From: Selaginella moellendorffii
Taxonomy: Eukaryota; Plantae; Lycopodiophyta
DNA length: 64,000 bases
Direction: 5' to 3'
Assembly: GCF_000143415.4 (NCBI RefSeq)
Contig: NW_003314296.1
Location: 1,091,858 to 1,155,857 of the forward strand
Made by a program: the position numbers and the translations under genes. Below the pieces are notes generated by a model. That model did not search any database. It worked only from the letters and a program-made list of their open reading frames with translations, and was not told the origin of the DNA. Shown here piece after piece: positions 11,427 to 23,430 of the stretch; within the stretch, counting starts at the first letter, position 1, and the number at the start of each line of letters is the position of its first letter.

Positions 11427-12824
11427 TCAACCAGAGGTTGAGCTTTTAATTTTGTAGCTTACATCTTCTCCAGATGAAGCGCTAGGACTAGGAGTGCTCT
11501 CCAAATCCAAATCGATCGCCTCGGACTCGGAGCAGGAAGAGCCCGTTGGCTCGTCGTCGTCGGACATGGTTGCACCCTTCTCGGCCATATCTTCGCCATC
11601 TGTCTCGTCCGATGAACCTTCTTCGTCTGAAGAAGACCAAGAGCTTGGTGTCCTGCTCCACGGCGGGCTGGTGCACACAACCTCCTCCTGGCCATCCACA
11701 ATCCCCAGCTTCTGCATTTTGCGACACAGCCTCTCCAAACGAATTTGCACAGACTTCGCGCCACCACGGCACGGAACGTCCATCTCCTCCTCGAACACCA
11801 CCTGAGGATCACAGGACTTGTGCGTCCAGTGCCTCCTCGCAAGCGCAGCCACCTCCGCCGCTCCCCCTTGAATCAGCTGCTGCTTGAAGAAGCCAAACAG
11901 CTCCTCGTCTTCCTCCTCGTCCTCCACCTTGCAGAAGTAAGCCGGGAGAAAGAAAGAAGTGGCCAAGCTCTGCACGGTCCCCGTCTTGGCCCCGTCCCAG
12001 TCCAGAATGCACTTGACATGTCCCGATGCCGGATCCACCAGGACTTGGGTGGGTCCAAAGTCGGGGTGGTGAAGAAAAAAGCCGCTCCCCTCGCGAGATT
12101 CTTGGAACTCGTCCAGCCACCTGAGCAAAATAGCCGCGTTTGCCCGTATCGATTCGCCATACCTGCGGCTGTTTCCGTGCAGCACCATCAGCCCTCCAAT
12201 GTGGTTCCTGGCGTACTCCTTCCACGACGAGTAAGGCCCGGGGCTGAGAGCCCCCACGTCCAGCCCGCGCTCCATCGCCTGGGACACCGGACTCTGCGGT
12301 TCCGGTCCCACGTGGCACGCCCCGGCACAGTCGACCGCCATGCCCCCCATCGAATCCAGCGGGCGGTGGTAGAGCCGGATGGTGATGCCTGCCAAGTCAG
12401 CGAGCACGGTCTTCTTCCACTCCACGCTGGCGCCCTTCCTCCACAGGTCCCACGCCGGCACGCCCTCTGCCACCGGCATAACAGTGAGGTGGGATTTGCC
12501 GCGTGGCGTGTAGGGCAGCGGTGGCGATGCCACGTGGACGGGCCCTGCCACGACCGTCTGTATGCCCAGCCCCGACAGGAAGAGCGTCGCGGCGTAGCCC
12601 GAATCCGCCAGTGCGCTTGTGATGCGGTTCTTCTGACCTGCGAGTGGGAGTCGAATGGCGACGCGCTGATCATCTTTGTGCGCGTCGAGCACAAGATTCC
12701 AACCCCCTATCCCTAGAATGCCGGTAAATTGAACCGCACAACCCAAAATTCTAGAAACCATCCTCTCAAGTTGAGAGGGCATGCAAAGGAAACTCTCAAA
12801 TATCACGTCCCTCAGCTCCGCCAT
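11427..12824 (-). CDS. APH/choline-kinase-like phosphotransferase (protein-kinase-like fold) with acidic Ser-rich tail, intronless
   Basis: GGWN loop, VAIRLP, GPYSSWKEY, FFLHHPDFGPTQVLVD (HxD loop), KCILDWD. Confidence 0.8.
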   Translation of the reverse strand: MAELRDVIFESFLCMPSQLERMVSRILGCAVQFTGILGIGGWNLVLDAHKDDQRVAIRLPLAGQKNRITSALADSGYAATLFLSGLGIQTVVAGPVHVASPPLPYTPRGKSHLTVMPVAEGVPAWDLWRKGASVEWKKTVLADLAGITIRLYHRPLDSMGGMAVDCAGACHVGPEPQSPVSQAMERGLDVGALSPGPYSSWKEYARNHIGGLMVLHGNSRRYGESIRANAAILLRWLDEFQESREGSGFFLHHPDFGPTQVLVDPASGHVKCILDWDGAKTGTVQSLATSFFLPAYFCKVEDEEEDEELFGFFKQQLIQGGAAEVAALARRHWTHKSCDPQVVFEEEMDVPCRGGAKSVQIRLERLCRKMQKLGIVDGQEEVVCTSPPWSRTPSSWSSSDEEGSSDETDGEDMAEKGATMSDDDEPTGSSCSESEAIDLDLESTPSPSASSGEDVSYKIKSSTSG

Positions 12825-13013
12825 CCCTCCAAACCCTAAATGCTATTTGCCCTGTTTCATTAAAGCTGTCTCTAAAGGATCGAACCTGACGTCAGCGCTT
12901 TACAGTCGCATAAAACCTTTTACAATTAAAGGTTATCCTACTGCTCTTTGGGCTGAATCTGATCGGGAGAATCACTTTGGTTTGTACAACAATCAGCTAA
13001 CAAAAAAAAAAAA

Positions 13014-13100
13014 CACCTGATGTGCAAGCAGGTACTCTCTAAGCAGAAACAAATAGATTGCCACCTGATGTGAAAGGAGGTACTCTTTAAGCAGAAACAA
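13014..13100. repeat. Tandem duplication, 48-bp period
   Basis: CACCTGATGTG(C/A)AAG(C/G)AGGTACTCT(C/T)TAAGCAGAAACAA at 13014 and 13062. Confidence 0.8.
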
Positions 13101-13196
13101 CTATCAGTTAGCAAATAGCTAACAAAAAACAAAACACAAACTTTGCCAGAAACAACTATCCATATGCTATATCCAACCAATTACATTAATGTTTAA

Positions 13197-13217
13197 GGCC
13201 TAGTCAGACATAAGCCA
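13197..13217 (+). pseudogene. Internally deleted tRNA-Ile remnant
   Basis: AATGTTTAA|GGCCTA-GTCAGA-CATAAGCCA keeps the tRNA ends and both flanks seen at 3978-4100. Confidence 0.65.
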
Positions 13218-13269
13218 TACCTGTTTCTATTTAACGAGGAAAGGGAAAAGCCTTTTTTTTTGCTTCGAG

Positions 13270-14424
13270 ATGTTGGCTGGGCTGCGCGTTTGCCTCGCCT
13301 TTTTGTTTCCTGAGAGTTTCGAGTGTGACGAGCTACCTGACGAGTGCGTATGCCGGATCTTGGCGTGGCTCCCCATTCCAGACCTTGTCCGCTGCAAGGT
13401 TGTATGCAAGCGCTGGAAGTCACTCATCGAGGATGCCACTCGCTGGAGAAGCTTGCCGCGGTTGCATGAGTCGTGGTTTGTAGACAATAGTTCCATTCCC
13501 TGTCGTATCTTGGCCACTAGTAATTCTCCCCACAGGGCTCGCCATCTTAAGCTGCCCTTGCACTTGAAGAATAGAGGTCCTTGGGGTGAAGGACGTTGCA
13601 GGTTTAGGATATTTGCCGACTCGTCCTGCGGCCTGGTGTGTGGCTATTTTGTGAATCTCCAGAGACACCACCTTCCTTATTACATGGTTGGGAATCCGAT
13701 CACCGGGAACTGGTGTTGCCTCCCCGAGCTCCCAGTGAACGAAGTCACAAGGAAAGAGGGGAAGCTGCTTGTGGATCCATGCACAGGGTACTTCAAGGTC
13801 CTGGTGTTTCTCCCTGCAGAATTTGATCACTACTGGCTATTCAATTCGCTCAGTAGGGAGTGGCGGCACTGCCAGTTTACAAGCAAGAAGAGCATTGATG
13901 ACCTCGCTGCGGATGACAAGGGACCATGGCTCGGATCCAGTATGTTTGCATTACCTAACAGGCACTCGCTAAAGATCACTGGTGGTCGGGTTGATCTTCT
14001 TTACGTGGCTGTGTTTGATCAGGTTTCAGGTTGCTATGACAGGGTCAAGGTGAAGTTTCCAAGCAATCTTTTCTGTTGTGGGCTGCCTTGTATTGTAGAT
14101 TACAATGGGAGGTGGATTCTTGTTTCGTCAACTATAAGTGGTTGTTATAAGGTGTCTGCTGCTGCATGGGAACTCAACAGGGAGACATCAGATTGGAAAC
14201 TTTTGAGTGAGGTTTACATGGGTGACTTGGTGAAGAATGGCTCCCTTGAGTTTGAGTATTTTGTTGTCAAGCATTCCGTTGTTATGCGACCAAGCATGTT
14301 ATCACTCTCACCACCGATGGCCTTCTTCTTCAAGAATAATTTATGGACTAACTGCAGCAAGTATAACTATAAAACGGCCTTCATGCTCACGCCAGATTTA
14401 TTTTTCAAAGCATGCTCTATATAA
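13270..14424 (+). CDS. F-box protein, intronless, 384 aa
   Basis: LPDECVCRILAWLP F-box; SSCGLVC and VGNPITGNW..LP typical of plant F-box-associated propeller domains. Confidence 0.9.
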   Translation: MLAGLRVCLAFLFPESFECDELPDECVCRILAWLPIPDLVRCKVVCKRWKSLIEDATRWRSLPRLHESWFVDNSSIPCRILATSNSPHRARHLKLPLHLKNRGPWGEGRCRFRIFADSSCGLVCGYFVNLQRHHLPYYMVGNPITGNWCCLPELPVNEVTRKEGKLLVDPCTGYFKVLVFLPAEFDHYWLFNSLSREWRHCQFTSKKSIDDLAADDKGPWLGSSMFALPNRHSLKITGGRVDLLYVAVFDQVSGCYDRVKVKFPSNLFCCGLPCIVDYNGRWILVSSTISGCYKVSAAAWELNRETSDWKLLSEVYMGDLVKNGSLEFEYFVVKHSVVMRPSMLSLSPPMAFFFKNNLWTNCSKYNYKTAFMLTPDLFFKACSI

Positions 14425-16164
14425 TAATTTTTTATCGGCCTCCATTTCTCCGTGCATCTCTTCTTTGATGCCTCGCAGGCCTGGATGGCAAGAAGAGAGG
14501 AAAAAAACAAAATAAAACATCCCAGAAGGGCCGTTTGAATTGGCGAACTCTTCGGCCACTCGAAGAAGGATAGTGGATTATTCTTATAGAGAGAGCACGC
14601 TTTATGGTAGTAGGCACCTAAAAATTATTAGCAAAAATAAGTAGAAAACAAACGTAGAAAGAAGCATATGCCATAGTGCATTCACTATTGCAATGTAGAA
14701 CATCGCATACATAAGCGTTTGCATACTAGCAATCTGAAACTGATAAAACACAGCAAGAGTCCTGAGTAATAAAGTAAAAAATAAATCAATTTGTACCTCT
14801 CCTGACTGTGAAAAGAACTCCTAGAAGACCTTTGACAGCTAAGTGATCGCATGCACTGACAGCCCCACTCACCACACTCAACACCTAATGTGAAACAAAT
14901 TAGACATAAATTTGAACATCACACCACAATTAGCTTTGCTGTTGAACATCCCCGAAACAACAGCCCAGCTTTCTTCGTTATCATGTGTGTCCCCGCTTTC
15001 TCCCTTTGTGTGAACAACTCGAATGTTGTTTGGGCCAAGGTGCATTGTCACCTTGACCCGCTCTCTCATCGTATTCCCCTCGCCTTGAGCACGCACAGCC
15101 TCCATGTTCACCTCCATCACCTTCTCATGCCCCCCGGCCAGATAGCTAGGGCTGCCTTACCTCTAACTGGTCCTAGCGCTGTTAGATGTGCCCACCACCA
15201 TGTGGCACTCTATCGCCTCAAACCGGTACCAGTCCTGCATGGCATGCCTTGGTGCCATCAGATGTGGCCACTGCCATGAATCAAGTTGAAGTAAACAGTA
15301 ATCTAAATATGGCACTTTGAAGAGGGAAAAATTGAAATTGGTTGTTCATATGTATATTTCTATATTCTATTCAATCAAACTTGTTTTTCTTGTTGTCAGA
15401 AATTGTGTTTCTAATGACATCAATAGTTTCAATCCTATTGTAAAATATGTCTTTCAAATATCTATTGAATAGTTGATTATTAATTTACATGCTTACTCCA
15501 AGAATTGTAAACTTGGAATCCATAGTTGATGCACTTTAACAATATAATAAAATAAATTAAAACTACAATTATTTGAAAAACTTATTTTTTAAAATTCATT
15601 TTGAAAGTGTTCCATTATTTTGTAATTCCCCACAGTAAAAAATGCAAGATCGTCTTCTTTATTAATGTAAGCAACTAAAAGGGAACACTTGAGAAACAAG
15701 TAAAATTCAAATATAAAAAGTAAGGCCCACGAATAGAGGGAAGGGGCCATGAGTTATGTTTTGATACATATCCAAATGTACTAAAAACAGTTATTAGGAA
15801 TTGAAGAATACTTTTCATGGTGACATAGATTCTCCACTCAGTTTTGACTATGCTATCATAGCAAACAATAGTCTTTAGGACTTAGAATTAATATGTTAAT
15901 TGATAATAATAACAAAATTAGGATACAAATTAGAGTGGTCAACAAACACCATCCACGTGTCAAATATTCAGTATGGGCACCTTGCCAGTTAGCCATTTGC
16001 GTATTTTGAAGACTCAAAAACAACCCCACAACAAACTTGCAAACTTGTTTGCACAGTTTCATGTTTCTTTTATTATTGGGACTGCCAAAACAAAATATAA
16101 ATAGATAAATGCACCAATTTTCAACATGTCACTTTTTTAACATGTATATATATATCCTTCCTCA

Positions 16165-16580
16165 CGGGGAGAAATCCAGCGTGGACACGTTGCTGACAAC
16201 TCAAAATCCTCCCAGATTGAAGTTCCTAGATTTCTCCCGATGCAAAACGAGCAAGGGTGGAGCGATTCAGCAGTGCCAGATTTTAGGTCTGGAAGATGAG
16301 GATGCAATGGGCTATACTATCAATGGCGGATCAAAGGAGAATCTACTTGGAGTTTGAGAAGAAAGACGCAAGAGCATGAGCAAATATATTGCTCCCGGGA
16401 TGGAAGCATCCAACTGACAGAAAAAGACAGGGCTCAGGGGTCCTCTCTTCCTCGCCTTGGTGTTCCTCCCTATCCACCTCTGTATGGTTACTGAGTTGTC
16501 TCCTGAGTTTGCTTCGCCCACCTTTAAAACACTCTTTGTGAAAGCTATCTACAATCTCACAGTTTGAGTTCTTCCAGGCA
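16165..16580 (+). pseudogene. Older, degenerate Copia gag fragment plus methyltransferase scrap
   Basis: GTCTGGAAGATGAGGATGCAA and GGAGTTTGAGAAGAAAGACGCAAGAGCA match the gag copies; CTTTGTGAAAGCTATCTACAATCTC matches 6165-6190 and 23823-23848. Confidence 0.7.
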
Positions 16581-17004
16581 GGGTTGAAACTTTTGGTCTC
16601 GAGAGCTTTTCACCTCGGCCGTAGGGTCCGGGACAAAGCCAGGAAACAAAAAAATTAAAATAAAATTATGAACTCATTAACTTTATTTGTTGACTTGGGC
16701 AGGCCTTGCTTGGTCCCTATCTACATGACAAGCTTTTGGTCATGCTGGAACTGTAAAATTACATCAAATTTAAATCTTTTGTGTCTATAATAATAATACG
16801 GTAGTCAAGGACAAGTTCGATTGACAAGCTTGAATGTTTCTGCTAGGTATTAAAGCACAGACCATGCATTCCCTTCACAGAACTTGGAAACTGCCATCGA
16901 ATTTCTTATCCTAGAAATGGTCTGTTTTGTTCTTTTCACAGGGTGGATCACTGTAGACTCTTGCAATCAAGTTGCAACGAGGCGGTTGGAATGCTCAAAT
17001 TCGA

Positions 17005-17640
17005 GCAACTGGCTTTTCAATTCGCTCAGTATGGAGTGGCAGCGCTGCGAGTTTACAAGCGAGAAGAGCATTGATGATCCCGCTGCAGATGTGGGTCGGA
17101 TCTAGTATGTTTGCATCGACTGAGAGGCGATGATCAGGTTGCCAGCAGCGTTTGACAGATGGTCAGCCTAAAACGATTGTAGCAGGAATCAGGAAACGTC
17201 ACTTGAAATTTTTTCTGAAGTGTTTGAATCCCAACAGCAGTTCTGGAGTTGGACAACAACCTGAGATTCCAGATTGACCTCAGATCCAAGCAATTGGCCG
17301 AGGTCGGGGAATCATCCTGCTCAAGTAGATCATCTAACAAGCAGCTTCCCCTCTTTCCTTGTGACCTCGTCCACCGGGAAGTCGGGGAGGACAAGATAGC
17401 CACACACCAGGCCTGTAACCACCTTCAGGTCTAGTCTTATGCGCCATGCCGGCCTGATTCGATTCGAGGTAGGGTTTTGCTGCCTCAGCGCTGGAGCGCA
17501 TCACACTCCCCGATTCAGGCTTCGCATACAACCTTGTAGCGAACAAGGTTTGGGATCCAAAGATCTGGCAAACGCACTCGTCCGGTAATTCCAGCTCTCA
17601 GGAAACAAGAGGCCGTGCTGCTGCCTTTGACTCCGTTAAA
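17005..17640. pseudogene. Degenerate F-box paralog; 5' part on - (17335-17640), one piece on + (17005-17140)
   Basis: Reverse complement of ELPDECVCQI and RKEGKLL segments; WLFNSLS.EW.RCEFTS.KSIDD on +. Confidence 0.75.
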
Positions 17641-18012
17641 TCTGTCCGCACGAAATGACACCATTTGGGCAGAGACATGGGGGATAATTGGGGAGCTTTA
17701 AAAGATTGGAAAGAGCGCAGCACAATTCTCGTTTCCAAGACTTTGATTTCCTGTCTGTCAGGTGAATTGGAGGAAGCTTGATCTGAACTTCACAGAGTGG
17801 AAAGCTTTCTTCCCCTGAAGAAGATGTAAGCTTGCTTCGGGTGATTGCTACGCCGGGTGATTGGCGCTAGAGGACACGTGGCGTAACGTTGTTTTGGTAC
17901 GAGTCAGCAATATCCGACGTGGCTAATGGTATGGTTAATAAACAAACCATCTCCTTAATTCAAATCGTGCATTGCCCCCAAAAGCTCCAAGAAGCTGAAG
18001 AACCCTAATGCG

Positions 18013-19431
18013 ATGGCGGCAGCAGCGGGGGCGACGGGAGCGACGGGAGCGACGGCACCGGTGGCGGGGGCGGCGGCGCCTGGAGCAGCTGGGGCAGCTG
18101 GAGCGGAGGGGATGGGGACGACAGCAGCAGCCACAGTGGGGAAGGCGGCAGAGCGCGCTGGCAGGCACAGTAACAGTAAGCGCAATAACTCTTACGTTTT
18201 TCTTAGTTTCGTTTTCCTTCGTTGTCTAGGAGCTGTGCAGAAGGAAATCCAACCGGATGTCAGTGCGTCTGACAAAACCCCCTTGCTGAACGGTAAGCTT
18301 GATATAACTGCTGGGCGACAAGACTCTTACGTTTTTTGTTTAGGAAAGGAAATCAGCAGCGAATCCCCACGTATGGCAGATAGATAGTTTAAAAACTTAC
18401 ACTTTTTCCTTGTTTAGGAGTGCCGCCGATTGTGCCGGATCCCGGCTTCTTGGCCAGCGAGGCAAGAGCATTCCATTTCCAACCACTGAGCATCGGTGAG
18501 CTTTTTTTTCTACGAAGTTCTGTCATCTAGGACATTCCTTACCAGATCGACATGAGCCTTTGATCGAGATATCACGTTCGTGGAGCCAGAGGTGGTGGGG
18601 GGCCTGACAGAAGGGCCTTGTATGGCTTGTGCAGCTCTTTAGAGTTGTAATCCCTCCACACCAGGAGGTACTGCCTGCCGACCACCCATCCGAAATGCGC
18701 AGGTGGCTGACGCCTCTTCTCTACACACGCTTGCGGCTGGAAATGGCAAGGGCAAGGTAAAAATATTTCTGTTTGGAATTGTTATGTTATCTTTATGATA
18801 GGTACGAGCGTGCTGAGCTACGGATCGGCGGAGCTTTTCTTGTTGGTGTGAGCGTCTACGTGTTCACTCTCTGTCACTGGGTGTTGAGGACTCACTTCCA
18901 GTGTAAGGTACAGAATGTTTATTTGAATCATAAATGTTTCATATGTATTTTATTTGTAGGCTGTTTTGTGGAGGGTGTGTCTCTACACACCCAGGACTCT
19001 TGCAGTCCTCTACCCAGCCATGTTCATTGTGCCTGGCATTGTGAGCTTTCGCTACTCAGTCTATGCTGCTTTGGGAGGTAAGTGATTTCAACTTTTAAAC
19101 ATTATTAAACATTTGACGCTGTTATTTTTTCTTGAAGTGGTGTGGATGGTGCTGTGTGGGGGTGGCACTGTGGTGGTTGCAGCAGTCAAAGGCTCGAAAG
19201 TTGTTTGGCTGGTGAGCACCACAGGCTTTGGAGCTAGCTACGTTGTCCTAGCTCTCTTGGGGAGGCAGTACATAGCTCCAGTTGCACCTTACAGTGAGTA
19301 TGACCAGGTGTGTTTTCTACAACTTGCTTTCAGCTTTTTTGTTTTTAAAAAGAGTTTTCTTTTTTCCAGCTTGCGAGGACAAATCAAGACCTCTCCCAGT
19401 TTTTGGAGACTCAGTTCCCCCCGGTTGCAGG
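18013..19431 (+). other. Multi-exon gene or pseudogene of unknown family with Ala/Gly-rich first exon
   Basis: Repeated short GT..AG introns; AACCCTAA at 18001 and G-box CACGTG at 17875 upstream; no recognisable domain. Confidence 0.35.
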
Positions 19432-19623
19432 TATGACCACGAGAGAGGGGGTTGCTTACTTCCTACTCTCCCTTGTGTTTCCTATACTTTCTGTTGTGTT
19501 AGCTATTTGGTTGTAGTCATCTCTCCTATTCATACTTTCATATTCATCTCATCAACTAGATATATTCATCCACTCCAATTTTTTCTCACTGAAGTTTGAT
19601 TTTATGGGTGAAGTGATCTTTCA

Positions 19624-19625
19624 TT

Positions 19626-19656
<31 letters not shown>

Positions 19657-19657
19657 T
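19624..19657. repeat. (TTTA)n microsatellite
   Basis: About 8 consecutive TTTA units. Confidence 0.9.
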
Positions 19658-19844
19658 TCAGGTTCTACTACAGCACTGGACCTTGCCGGACTGCTGCCAC
19701 TGGCTCTCGATGGTTGCGGCTCTCGTGAAGAACGGCCGAAACAAAAGGGATGGAAGAAGGGATGGGACTAAAGGAAAAATGTTTAAGGTTGGTCTTCTCG
19801 TCCCTAAAGAACATTGCTGATCCTGAACCGAGTCCCCCATAACT

Positions 19845-20350
19845 CACAGTGGAGCAGGACACCAAGCTCTTGTTCTTCTTCAGACGAAGAAGGCGATTGA
19901 TCACTTCGGCCAGATGATCAAGAGAGGCAGCAACACGGTGACTTACAACTCCCTGGGACAGATGGACGAGGCGATGAACCAGATAACCGAGACTGGAAGC
20001 TCTCCGGACGTACACCACCCTCATGAACGGCTTCTGCAAGCTGACGAGGTTGGACGATGCGTTCGATCTCCTCAACCAGATGAGCGCAGGGGGCTGTGGT
20101 GAATTTCACGACCTTGACGCTGTGCATGTTTTAGGTGAGACGAGGAGAAGCTTCTTATCTACACTCTATACCATTCGCTGCAGACTAAACCAGTTGGAGG
20201 CCTGGAACTTGAGAGGGATTGTCCTCCCAGCGTTGTCTAGTTCAACCCAGGACAGTGTAAAGTGAACTGGTCCAGGGAAGCCATGGAGCTCATCGAAGAA
20301 GCCCGAAGAAGACTGGATGTGGTGTTGTATACCACTGCTATCGATGGCCA
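19845..20350 (+). pseudogene. Chimeric remnant: APH-kinase 3' piece fused to collapsed P-class PPR pieces
   Basis: GTGGAGCAGGACACCAAGCTCTTG.TCTTCTTCAGACGAAGAAGG is the reverse complement of 11618-11662; NTVTYNSL, MNGFCKL.RLDDA.DLLNQM match 9030-9610 inverted. Confidence 0.85.
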
Positions 20351-21067
20351 TTGTGTTGGGTATTTTTCTTTAAAGTTATAAACAAAATTTTTCTTTTGTG
20401 TATGTACATGTAGGTTTTATGTTTGGACTTTGTAAAATTTTATATGTATAATTATCTAATTGTTTATTGAAATAACTTTGTTTTTAAGTTTTGAGACTCC
20501 CTTTTATTTGTTTAAATTTAAAGCTTAAACAACTGCAGAATACAGAAGCATGTCGCCACACATCCACTTCACCGGATTCTTTCATTAGCTAGAGGTGTCG
20601 CCAACTGGCCAGCCCCAGGATGCGGCAGCTAAGTTGGCTGAGCTAAACGAATTTTCATGCCAAAAACCACTGGATGAGACCCATGATTTCACTTGTAAAT
20701 CTGGAAATCTAGGGAAAGATGTCTTATGTGATTTCTTACAGAGCCAGCAATTTGTTTGGATCTTCAGCAGAAAGACTGTTTGTGAGCTCCAAGGCAGGAA
20801 AAGCTAATTCTCTGGGAAGCATTTAGAAGACTTGGTTGTAAAGTGTGGAGACTGCCAAGACGGAATGGAGCTGAATGAAGACTTGAAATTAGTGGCATCT
20901 ACCAGGAAAGAAGCTCCATCTTTATTAGAAGATGAAATCTTCCACACACATCGTCCATGAGTAGGACCTTTTTGGGAGGTGTTTTTGAGAAGAACTCGTG
21001 GCCCCTGGGAAGAATGGCTAAGGTGAAGAAGCTCTGGAGACCATAGAGAGAATGCATCTCCTCTTAT

Positions 21068-21252
21068 ATCACTGCTATTTTTGCTGCTGAAAATGAAGGT
21101 AGTGGTTTTCTTCTTCAGAATTTCAATGATCTTAGTGTTTGAGTTGGATTCACAGATCTGCACTGGACGACCAAGTTACCCTAGCAATATGGTGCCCGAT
21201 TTTGGAGAAGAAAACTACTACCTTCATTTTCAGCAGCGAAAGTAGCAGTGAT
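21068..21252 (+). ncRNA. Candidate MIRNA/hairpin RNA: 54-bp stem, 77-nt loop
   Basis: 21068-21121 pairs with 21199-21252 at every position: 49 Watson-Crick pairs and 5 G:U, no mismatch on +. Confidence 0.6.
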
Positions 21253-21499
21253 GAGCAGGGATAAAGGGAGCAATGCAAGCACAAGCTTTCGAGAAGGAGC
21301 CATTTCTCCACAAGAGGAGCAGAAAAAATGAGAAAACAAAGGAGGCTGCCTCCCATAGATAAAGCTCCATATGGGCACAAACTCTCACAAAAGCTCGCAC
21401 AGACTTTAGAATGCGAAGTGTTTGGTCATAGCTAGCGGCAGTTATGTAGATGACCATGAGGAAAGAGGGTCGACCAAAAGACGAGCAGCAATCCTAATC

Positions 21500-22620
21500 T
21501 AGAGAGCTGTGATTCTCAATAGAGATATAATTCCAAGCATGTTTGCTTTGACACCATAACTAAAGACTTGTTCGATTAGCAAGGAAGAATGAATGCTTTG
21601 GAGCTGCTTGTAACTCTCGGCTTCCAAATAAACTGAGAGCAACAGCCTCGTCAAGATGCCTCATGGGACGTATATGTGCATGATACTGGTCCAAGACGCA
21701 AGCCTTGTGTTCCAGGAGATCACTTTCTTGCTGAGCATCGGAAAGAAAAGAGTGTATTTGCGACCTCCAGATGCCCGTTTAAGGCAAATGTAGTAATCGT
21801 ACCAAATCGGTGGCGTCTTTGATGCTCCAGCACTTCTGGCACATCTATAGAGGAGATTGAAACAAAGCGCTTATATCAGAGACTGGATGACACGGTGCAT
21901 CCTCCTGCCGTGAGCCAAATCTCGCACAATCTCAGCTGCTGCTCGATCTAAAGAGCTCCTCTTGACTCACTAGCACAAATCCTACGCATCAGGCAAAGCT
22001 TCAATGAGGATTCTCCAAATGCCGCCATTCTTTCATCAGTCTCAACCAACCATCATGGCCCGTTTACACATCCTACTGTATCATGAAGCTCTTCAGGTAA
22101 AGATGGTTAATCTGCTCCGATCCATCTTGTCCAAAGATGCACCAAGAGAAGCAAGGAATAATCACAACACACAAGGAAAGGAGAAAGAAACTAATGAGTG
22201 CTCTGGCTCGAGAACATGCAGTCGATCAAGCTATGCTCCAGCAGGAGCGGCGCGATCAACTGTATCACACTCCTGCTTGCGCGCAGGACAGAGATCGATC
22301 CTGTGACTTTCTGCTCCGGAAACAGACGCTCTATCCACTGAGCTACAAGCGCTTTACAAGCACTTTCTAAGCCAGATTTTTGAATTTTATCCGGCGCTGT
22401 CACTTCTTGCGATGCTTTCCCGGCGATCAGCCGGTGCATTCCCAGATGCCGCATGTTTTGAGCCCTAGATAATCTCTTGATAACTTCTTGACAAGCTGAG
22501 AGCATTGTAAGAGAACCCGTGTAGATTTTCCTGCCTTCTTCCACGTTTGAGCACGCGGAGATGGAGCTCACAGACAGCCGCTTGGGTGAGTCAAGCTTTT
22601 GGCTAACTAGAGTCAACGGC
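21500..22620 (-). pseudogene. Highly degenerate PLS-type PPR pseudogene
   Basis: Remnants ISACSNVEEGRKI, KKVISWN, SWTSIMHIY, with many stops and frameshifts. Confidence 0.55.
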
Positions 22621-22859
22621 TATATTGACCACAAGAACATTCGCTAGCATCTTTGACTGATCATTTGTGTTAGTTCGGCCGATGGTTTCTAGGATTTTGA
22701 GCCCGCCTTGGAACCGGTCCAGCCCGAAGAAGACAATGTATACCACTGAAGAAGACGATGGACGTGCGATAGTGCATCGTACTCGCCTTATGTGCCCTTG
22801 CAAATTCCTTGGTGCTAGCTGTGGACGCGCCATTATCATTCTTTCTATCTATCAAGGCG

Positions 22860-23430
22860 CTAGAACCCTAAATCCCGGACTCCTAGAACGCCATGTACAT
22901 GTCGCCCAGGAGATCCCATGCCTGCTTCGCTGACGTCGTGTGCCACACCTGCATTAGCTGCCTGTCCTCGAGATGGAGCTAAATATTCGCTCGTGCTCTC
23001 GCGTCCTTCTTCTCAAACTCCAGGCGATCTTCCTTCCTCGCGGATTCTCCCGGCCGGGCCTCCGATCCGCTCACCACGCCCCACTGATCGTGTAGCACCA
23101 GCAGCATTTGCATCCTCATCTTCCAGACGTGGAATCTGGCGCCCCCGAATCGCTCCACCAAGAACATCGACCCTTGCTCGTCCCTCATCGGGAGAAATCT
23201 TTCCTCCCTGTACGAGCTCTCATCTCTGTGCGGGATTTCTCGCGGAAATGCGGCCTCGGGAAGGATTTCGCGTTGTCAGCGACGGATTGGGACGTGTCGA
23301 GGCCGGATTGCTCCGCCGGATCATCGCCACAAAATCTCCAGCGGTGCCTGGCACAAACACGAGAGATTTCGCAAGAAATACACGGCGTCGCGTGATTTCA
23401 CCTCGGCGGAAAGAACAAGAGCCCTAAAAC
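22860..23430 (-). mobile_element. Ty1/Copia gag N-terminal fragment with premature stop
   Basis: VERFGGARFHVWKMRMQMLLVLHDQWGVVSG..EFEKKDARARANI*. Confidence 0.8.
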
